Origin: Octopus vulgaris
Lineage: Eukaryota
Reading direction: 5' to 3'
NCBI GenBank assembly: GCA_951406725.2
Contig: OX597830.1
Location: 60,698,001-60,762,000 of the forward strand
DNA length: 64,000 bases
Positions 55,682 to 64,000 of this stretch are shown piece after piece. The notes under the pieces are model-generated. The model searched no databases and was not told the DNA's origin. It was given only the letters and a program-made list of their open reading frames with translations. Each line of letters begins with the position of its first letter. Positions within the stretch are counted from its first letter, which is position 1. The position numbers and the translations under genes are program-made.

Positions 55682-55790
55682 GGTGGTAGTGATGGTGGTG
55701 GTGGTGGTGGTGGTGGTGGTGGTGATGATGATGATGATGACGACGACGATGATGATCTCATTATTGTTGTTGTTGTTGTTGTTGTTGTTT
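55595..55790. repeat. Compound trinucleotide repeat (GCT)/(GAT)/(GGT)/(GTT)
   Basis: Directly visible. Confidence 0.95.
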
Positions 55791-57293
55791 AACCTCAGAT
55801 CAGTCTTGATTGAGACAAACCTATTATCAAAGACATCCAAGGTGATGGCCACATTACCCTTTCTTTCGGACGTACAACATCATTCAATATAAACCTCTTT
55901 ATTATGATATTTTATCAACACTTTTCATTAATGTTTTTTCCGCGTTTATTTTCCCGATATTCCATCATCTTTCTCATTTCTGGAGATGCTGACATAGTCA
56001 AAAACACCCAACAAAACATTCAATCCTAATCGAGAGAAAATAACTCAGGTCTTCCAGTTCGGCTCTAATGAGATGACCTTCACACTCGACCTGTGCAGAG
56101 ATGACATTGGCGCATTACATAAAAGTGGAGTCATAGATGTTACTCCTACGACCGAAAGGTTTACACGACATTACAAATAGATACTATAACGATTCATTTC
56201 ACACAGAAAGGTGAAACATCAAATAACATCCTTTTTATGCTTGTTTGTAGATTTTGTTTAGCTATAGCACATAGAATATTCTATGATACAGGTTTGCAGC
56301 GGGAAACATAAACATAAAAATTACGTTACATGCAAATATGGCAGACGTTGTGGATTCAGAGTGAATCTGATCTTCGATTGGTTGCTCTTTGAACATTGAG
56401 GTAGCTTTGCATTCAGGGAATTGCATGAGCTAGCATGATGTGTGCATGTATAAAACCCTTTAATATTGTTGTCGGTGTTATATCGATGTCACCGTTCCTC
56501 GTTTATGTGGTTGTTGTTGTTGTTGCTGTTGCTTTTGCTGCTGCTGTTGTTGTTGTTGTTGTCCTCGTAGTTATCGTTTTTGTTGCCGCTGTCACTTTTG
56601 TTGTTCATGTCACTGTTGCTGCTATTTATTATATTTTATATTATATTATCAATCTGGCAACATTTTAGGGTTTTATTTTATTCTATTTATTGCTGAAAAT
56701 ATTAAAAGTGAGGGATCGATAGATGGCTATTCTTCGATCGAAAAAATCTCCATGAAAATTTAAATGGAAAGTAGGGAGCGGCTTTTGAAATGGGATGTAA
56801 TGGCTGCCGTCGGCAAGGATCAAAAGGTTCGTTGTATTTCAGTCTATGGATGGAACCGTGGGGTTGGTGATGTGTTGTTGGCAGTGTAGCCTGAAGTATG
56901 GTCTCTCATCTATGTGTTTTTATGTGTTTGGATGCAATTATAAATAGAGTGTATGTTTGTGAGTGTGTAAATGCATGCATACGCGTATGACTGCTTATAG
57001 CGTTATATGTGGATGTGCATGAATATAAATTTCGGAATATCCAAGTGTGTGTGTATTCCATAGGTCTATGTATTTATGTTTGTAATATTGTTTATAAGAG
57101 TGTATGGATGTGCATGATTAGTGTATGCTGGTGTATGGATGTATAAGCATAACGTAAGTATGCTTGTTAGGCATGTCTTTGAATATGATGGCGTATATGT
57201 ATGTTTAGCACATTCATGTCTACATACATACATCTATATGTATGTATATATGTGTGTATATACATATATATACATATATATACATATATATAC

Positions 57294-57366
<73 letters not shown>

Positions 57367-57639
57367 CAGTATGCATGTCTAGGAATACATAGAAATGCAT
57401 GCAGTATTCTGTGTCCGTGTGAACATGTGCTTGCACGCACGTGCGTGTGTGTGTGTGTGTGTGTGCTACATATACCAATATGCCCGCATGTATATCTGCA
57501 TCCTTTCTGTTTTAAATGTATATATATGTATGCGCATTCGTTATACATTTTACTCTGTGTGTACAAGTTGTGTATAAGTGAGTCTTTATAAGTAAATATG
57601 CATATATATGAATATGTCGCTCTACATTAATGTTATATG

Positions 57640-57697
<58 letters not shown>

Positions 57698-57717
57698 CAT
57701 GCATATATATATTTGCG

Positions 57718-57752
<35 letters not shown>

Positions 57753-57935
57753 ATACACAAAATATTTGCATACATACAGATGTAGATATATACATAAATA
57801 CGTGTACATGCGTTTATATATTTATTGATGTATGTATGATTATATGTATTTATCATGGATTTGGGTGTATATGTATGTGTATATATGTGTGTGTGTGTAC
57901 GTATGCACGCATGTGTATATGAATGTATGTAACTA

Positions 57936-57984
<49 letters not shown>

Positions 57985-58479
57985 CAGACACACATACATG
58001 TGTGTGTTTGTGTTTGTATATGTGTATGTGTTTCGTATGTGTGTGTGCGTGCGTGCGTGTTAGCGTGCGTACGTGCGTGTGTATATCTGTTAGTACACGA
58101 GTGCATGTGTTTATGTGTGCGCGCATTTTCGGTTCTTAATTTCGGCGTCGAATAAGATGGCTCCGCTGGCTTTAAAAGTTAATATATTCAACACGTAACG
58201 AACACGTGACTATGGTGATATGGCGAAAGATGAAGCACAGAGAGCGAGAGAGTCGGAGCTGAAGGAGTAATTGCTAGAAATGGTGGTATAGATAGTAGTG
58301 TTGTTGTTTTAGTTTCGGGTGAAATAGAGAATGGTTGTGATGGTGGGCATGGTAGAGGTTGTAGTGGTGGGAAGCTCAAGATTGTCGTCGTCAGCATCAA
58401 AATGGTAATATCTGTTAATTGTAATGATGGGGTTGTTAATAGTAGTGTTGTTGATGATGATGGTGATGATAATGGTGCT

Positions 58480-58612
58480 GTCGTCTTCTTCTTCTTCTCC
58501 TTTTTCTTCTTCTTCTTCATCTTCTCCTTCTCCTCCTTCTTCTTCTTCATCTTCTCCTCCTCCTCCTTCTTCTTATTCTTCATCTTCTCCTCCTCCTCCT
58601 TCTTCTTCTTCC
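58480..58612. repeat. (TTC)/(TCC)n tract, possibly the tail of the adjacent minus-strand SINE
   Basis: Directly visible. Confidence 0.9.
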
Positions 58613-59090
58613 AATCAGGACTCACGCCATTAGCCACAAAGAATAATCTCTAATTCGAGCCTACTCTAAGCTGCTAAGAATGCGTGTGGCAACTTGAAGA
58701 TCCACCCACCACACGCGATAGACTGGCGGTTGCACTGGCGTGAAAGCTACGTTGTTATCCTCATTCCGTAAACGGTGGCTTTTAACGGGTGGAGAGCTGA
58801 ACCATCCTGGGGTACAGAGGATTCGCAATCTAGACTAGGGTCTGAAAGTTTACCACACCATAGTGGGTTACACCATGGTTCCTCTGCTTTGTGGCAGAAG
58901 TAGGAAGAAAGAGTGAGAGAAAGTTGTGGTGAAAGGGTACAGCGGGGTTCACCTCCCCTCCCCGCCGGAGACTCGTGGAGCTTAGGTGTTTTTGCTCATT
59001 AAACACTCACAATGCCCGGTCTGGGAATCGAAACCGCGTTCTTACGACCGCGAGTTCGCTGCCCTAACCACTGGGCCATTGTGCCTCCAC
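58613..59090 (-). mobile_element. SINE family C head with a third, different 3' body
   Basis: Reverse complement GTGGAGGCACAATGGCCCAGTGGTTAGGGCAGCGAACTCGCGGTCG...CTTTCACCACAACTTTCTCTCACTCT, then an unrelated body. Confidence 0.8.
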
Positions 59091-59099
59091 TGTTGCTGT

Positions 59100-59400
59100 T
59101 GTCGTCGTCGATGGTGGTCGTGGTGGTCGTGGTGGTCGTGGCGGCGGCGGCGGTGGCGGCGGCGGTGGTGGCGGCGGCGGCGGTGGTGGTGGTGGTGGTG
59201 GTGGTGGTGGTGGTGGTGGTGGTGGTGCTGATGGTGGTGCTGGTGGTGGTGCTGGTGGTAGTGGTAGTGCTGGTGCTGATGGTGTTGGTGCTGGTGCTGG
59301 TGCTGGTGCTGGCGGTGCTGGTGGTGGTGGTGCTGGTGCTGGTGGTGGTGGTGGTGGTGGTGGTGGTGGTGGTGGTGGTGGTGGTGGTGGTGGTGGTGGC
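59100..59400. repeat. (GGT)/(GGC)/(GCT)n trinucleotide array
   Basis: Directly visible. Confidence 0.95.
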
Positions 59401-59711
59401 TTTATAGAGGAAGTTCATTCGGAACGACAGAGGTCAAGATCATAACAGTAGAAGAAACAAAGAAAGAGTGTGTCTTTGAGCCGGTAGTTAATTAATGGTA
59501 GATGAGGGTTTTGTCTCTCAACTGAATCACTTACTTTTAGACACAGACGAGATTGGGGTCGACAACAACCCACAAATGTGCCGCTGCAGTGTTCTCAATG
59601 GGCTCGAAAGTTTTCTAAAATTTTTTCCAATTTCATTTATTTGTGGATCATTGAGCAGTCAGTACTTTTTAGATAGTTTTCTTTTTATGTCATATTTCTT
59701 TTATTTTTTTT

Positions 59712-59926
59712 AATTCTTTTACTTGTTTCAGTCATTTGACTGCGACCATGCTGGGGCAGTGCCTTGAAGAATTTTTTTAGTCGTATGAATCGACCCCACT
59801 ACTTATTTATTTTAATCCTGGCGCTTATTGTGTCGGACACGTTTGCCGAACAGCAAAATTACCGGGATATAAATATAGCAACACCGGTTGTCAAGGGAGG
59901 ATTATCACGTACACAAAGACACACAC

Positions 59927-59930
<4 letters not shown>
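59712..59930 (-). mobile_element. SINE family A tail half
   Basis: TTCTTTTACTTGTTTCAGTCATTTGACTGCGACCATGCTGGGGCA. Confidence 0.85.
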
Positions 59931-59973
<43 letters not shown>

Positions 59974-59980
59974 TATATAA

Positions 59981-60059
<79 letters not shown>

Positions 60060-60209
60060 TAAGAAAGTTTGTTTGGTAAAGCACGTGGGTGAATATATAA
60101 GAAAATAGTAAAGTGTGAAAAAACGACAGAAGGCTTAAATGTTAAAAGATATATATATTTGTGTCAAAATGTCTGGAGAATATTGGAAAAATTTTTTTTC
60201 CTTTCCTTA

Positions 60210-61354
60210 CCAGGAATCTCTATCAATCTTTGGAAACTCCCTCTCTCAATACATAAAAGAGAATTGGAAACGATTCCTAGACGATTGTTTCATTCTCTGG
60301 AATGAAAACATAGATAAACTCCTAAAATTTAAAAACCTATTGAACAGCATAAACCCAAATATACAGTTCACAATGGAATACAACCAAAAGGAGCTCCCGT
60401 TCTTGGATATACTAATTAAAAAAATTAACCTTAAAATAGAAACAGACATTTTTTACAAAGCCACAGACGCCAAACAATACCTTCTTTTTTAATTCATGCC
60501 ACCCAAGACACACTAAAACAAACATACCCTTCAACCTTGCAAGAAGGATATGCACAATAGTGTCAGAACAAAATACCAGGAACTTTAGACTGCAAGAACT
60601 CAAAAACACCCTAATTGACAGACATTACCCAGCTCAACTCATAGAGGATGGGATCAGACGTGCAACAGAAATCAACATAGAAACTTTAAGAAAAGTTCAA
60701 CACAACAACACACCTTCCCCGAAAATACTACCTTACATATCTACATACAACCCCAGAAACAAAGAAGCCTTCACCATCATCACCCAGAATTTACCAATAC
60801 TTCATAAAAACCCAAAATTAAGGGAAATTCTAAACATACACCAAATCATTAAAAGCTACAAACAGCCTAAATCACTTAAAAAGATTCTCACAAAGGCAAA
60901 ATTGTCTTCTAAAATTACGGATGCAAAAGTAAAAAAATGTGGTAGATCGAACTGTGCAACATGTCCTAACCTATTGGAAGGATCAGAATTCTTCTTTAAA
61001 GAAGGACAGAAATTTAAGATCAAATCTAACTTTACTTGTGCCTCTGAAAACATAATTTATGTTATTAAATGCTCGGGCTGCCACCAAGACTACGTGGGTT
61101 CCACGGGACTATCACTCAGGCGCAGATGCACACTGCATCGACAACAGATTGCATTCCCAGAATATAGAATGATACCTTTTAGTGAGCACATTGAGAAATG
61201 CGCAAAGCAACTACTGCCACAATTTTTAATCTTCCCATTTTACCAATGTGCTTTCGGATCATCAACACAAATGAGACTGAACAAGGAAACATTCTTCATT
61301 GAAAAGTACAAACCCAGACTCAACCATCCGAACATACTGACACAGAGAAATTAA
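60210..61354 (+). pseudogene. PLE reverse transcriptase C-half + GIY-YIG endonuclease (one frameshift near 60490)
   Basis: WKRFLDDCF, LPFLDILI, FYKATD..YL / SCHP, CGRSNCATC, FTCASENIIYVIKCSGCHQDYVGST..LRRRCTLH, ETFFIEKYKPRLN. Confidence 0.95.
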
Positions 61355-61490
61355 CAAGGAAATGGGAAAAAAATTTTTTAAGCGATTATCTCCCCTACAC
61401 CGGAAAAAATCACTCACTACCTCCCCTTATTTAGAAATCTCCTGGAAATAAAAACAACGATAAATCCATGCAATATAAACATAACGTCAC

Positions 61491-61530
61491 AAGAAATTTG
61501 AAAAGCTACACGCGAAACCGGTAATTTCTT
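61491..61530 (+). ncRNA. Minimal type-I hammerhead, U3-A8 core variant, in the PLE 3' terminus
   Basis: AAGAAAT-TTGAAAA-GC(TACAC)GC-GAAAC-CG-GTA-ATTTCTT; perfect 7-bp helix I, palindromic ACCGGT. Confidence 0.75.
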
Positions 61531-61844
61531 TAAAAATTTAAAATTATGTCATTTTAAGGAAAGGAAAAAAAATTTTTCCAATATTCTCCAGACATTTTGA
61601 CACAAATATATATATCTTTTAACATTTAAGCCTTCTGTCGTTTTTTCACACTTTACTATTTTCTTATATATATATATATATATACATATGTATATATACA
61701 TATATTAACACATATATGCATATATATATATACACATACATGCATGTGTGATTGTGTGTGCATGGGTGTGTGGGTGGGTGTGGGTGTGTGTCTGTATATA
61801 TTCCTATGTTTCAGCCCTGAGGCTGTGGCCATGCTGGATGACGA

Positions 61845-62167
61845 AAACATATTTACAAGTCCAGAAAAAACCGAACACCGATCTGGCTTAACTGATGATA
61901 GCAATGGAAATTGCTGAAACTAACGTCAGCCTTGAGAATTCTCTGTCAATATTTTTCAGACAATTATACTCCCTGATGGTGTATATGTTTTCATTCATGT
62001 GCGTTAACGACAGCATTAGACCATTTAGCGCTTATTTCTAGCAATGCAGTGCCTTTTAACACCCTGGTCAGATTTAATTATAATCATAATTCTCCTTTTT
62101 GGGGCTAAAAACAACAGTAGCGTCGTTCTCTATGGGATTGTCACATTTAGTTGGCAATTGTATTTTA

Positions 62168-62170
<3 letters not shown>
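61845..62170 (+). mobile_element. PLE-terminus-like fragment ending in (TA)n
   Basis: Contains the hammerhead at 61885-61931 and abuts (TA)n like the neighbouring PLE; family assignment is inferred. Confidence 0.55.
61885..61931 (+). ncRNA. Hammerhead motif with canonical core
   Basis: GGCT-TAA-CTGATGA-T-AGCAAT(GGAA)ATTGCT-GAAAC-TAAC-GTC-AGCC; 6-bp helix II with GNRA loop, GUC site; helix I offset by 3 nt. Confidence 0.7.
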
Positions 62171-62203
<33 letters not shown>

Positions 62204-62206
<3 letters not shown>

Positions 62207-62316
62207 GAACTGCTGCTACAACTCCAACCACCACTCCGTCCATGGTTACTACTACTACTACTACTACTACGACCAACGGTCTCTGCTACTGCTGCTATTA
62301 CGGCCAACGGTCACTT

Positions 62317-62350
<34 letters not shown>

Positions 62351-62757
62351 AGCCAATGAACTTCTGCTACAACTCCAACCACCACTACCACCACGGTCAC
62401 TACTACTACTACGACCAACGGTCTCTACTTCTACTGCTTCTATTACAGTTAACGATCACTTTCACTTCTACAGCCAACGAATTCACAACGACCTCGAACC
62501 CACAAGAGTAAACAAGAGAGACAGAGACAGGCAAAAACAAGGAAAATGCCCCTTGTATTTGAATACTATGCAAATATTCTTTTAAAAAAATTTTCTTTTA
62601 ACTTTTCCAAAATTTAATTATTTTCCATACTTACAGTTGAAAAAGTCTCAATGACTGAAACCGGTACTGAAATGTTTTTTTTATAAAATTATGTTGCCAT
62701 TTTCTACCTTGACTTTTTTTCCATATATATCAACTCGTGTCTTCCTTTTCAACCTTA
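62204..62757 (+). mobile_element. PLE-terminus-like fragment with internal tandem units, ending in (TA)n
   Basis: Repeated AATGAACT.CTGCTACAACTCCAACCACCAC and CCAACGGTC units with (TAC)n; hammerhead at 62631-62672. Confidence 0.6.
62631..62672 (+). ncRNA. Minimal type-I hammerhead, U3-A8 core variant
   Basis: TTACAG-TTGAAAA-AGTC(TCAAT)GACT-GAAAC-CG-GTA-CTGAAA; helix I 5/6 bp, palindromic ACCGGT. Confidence 0.75.
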
Positions 62758-62784
62758 TATATATATATACATATATATATATAC

Positions 62785-62815
<31 letters not shown>

Positions 62816-62938
62816 CATATATATATACATATATATACATATATATATACATATATATATACATATATATATACATATATATATATATATGTAGGTATGT
62901 ATATATATATATATACACATATATATATATATATATAC

Positions 62939-63012
<74 letters not shown>

Positions 63013-63075
63013 TCTAAACAACACTTTGTTTCGCAGTAATGTGCTTACTCTGGTATATATATATATATATATATA

Positions 63076-63210
63076 TACGACGGACTTCTTTCAGTTTCCA
63101 TCTACCAACTCCACTCACAAGGCCTTGGTCAGCTCAATGCTATGATAGAAGACACTTGCCCAAGGTGCCATGTAGTGGGAGTGAACCCTGAACCATATGG
63201 TTGGGATACA
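63076..63210 (-). mobile_element. SINE family A head half
   Basis: ACGACGGACTTCTTTCAGTTTCC...GACACTTGCCCAAGGTGCCA. Confidence 0.85.
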
Positions 63211-63529
63211 AACATGACAGAACTCTTGCACCAGCTCCTATGTGGCAATGCAATATCTTATAACTCAGCTTTTTCTTCGGTTACAACATGTATAATTTTA
63301 TGTTTTCAGATATGTATCTTACATTTGCTTGTAAATAAGATGAATCTACTTTAGTCGTTTTCTCTGTGTTCCATCTTTTCACTTAAGGGCGCCTTTTAAG
63401 AAGACTTCGATTCAATCCTAAACTTGAAAGCTCTATGAAAGAAAGTATTTCTTCTGTCGAGAATCTTTCGTGAATCATAACCAGAAGTCATATCTGGTCC
63501 CCTAAGTCGGTGAGGGTCACTTGTATTAG

Positions 63530-63778
<249 letters not shown>

Positions 63779-64000
63779 TGTTTCTTTATTAGCCACACAG
63801 GGCTGCACACAGATAGAACAAATTACAAGGTAGAGCTTTTCTTTTGAAGGTTTAAGAAAAAAAAAAAAAAAAAAGGAAGGGGGAGTTTCGATCAAAAGGG
63901 ATCGTAAAAGGAGAGAAAGAGGACAAAAAAAGGGGGGTTAAAAAAAAGGGGGGAGGAAAAAAAATTGATCAATAGGGATCGTTATCACAGAAATGTCAAT
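63779..64000 (-). mobile_element. 3' end of an unclassified retroelement running out of the window
   Basis: Minus strand ends ..GCAGCCCTGTGTGGCTAATAAAGAAAC then (TATC)n; the same terminus occurs at 42370-42395. Confidence 0.55.

Larger units (their letters stand above)
60093..61671 (+). mobile_element. Young 5'-truncated Penelope-like element with inverted terminal pLTR piece
   Basis: Perfect ~117-bp inverted repeat 60093-60209 / 61555-61671; RT-GIY-YIG coding inside; (TA)n flanks. Confidence 0.95.

Overview
This window is AT-rich, repeat-saturated animal genomic DNA. The SINE and microsatellite repertoire looks like an octopus/coleoid cephalopod, which is an inference. I cannot support any host protein-coding exon, and nearly all ORFs in the track are microsatellite translations. 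The real content is decayed or truncated transposons: mariner (D,D34D), other Tc1/mariner-superfamily relics, a hAT relic, a MITE, a Ty3/gypsy integrase with a probable LTR, RTE and CR1 3' ends, several R4/Dong-type RLE LINEs embedded in (CATA)n, Penelope-like elements (PLEs), three SINE families and two intron-containing tRNA-Lys(TTT)-like copies. A 100-N gap is flanked by a ~2 kb near-identical duplication that is probably allelic or an assembly artefact. The most notable signal is at least seven minimal type-I hammerhead-ribozyme-like motifs at PLE-derived termini. Three lie co-oriented within 1.2 kb (61.5-62.7 kb), and two of those carry a compensatory U3-A8 core and the same palindromic helix III (ACCGGT). 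The next most notable signals are strand-consistent embedding of R4 LINEs in (CATA)n and a mobile unspliced tRNA-Lys-like sequence.
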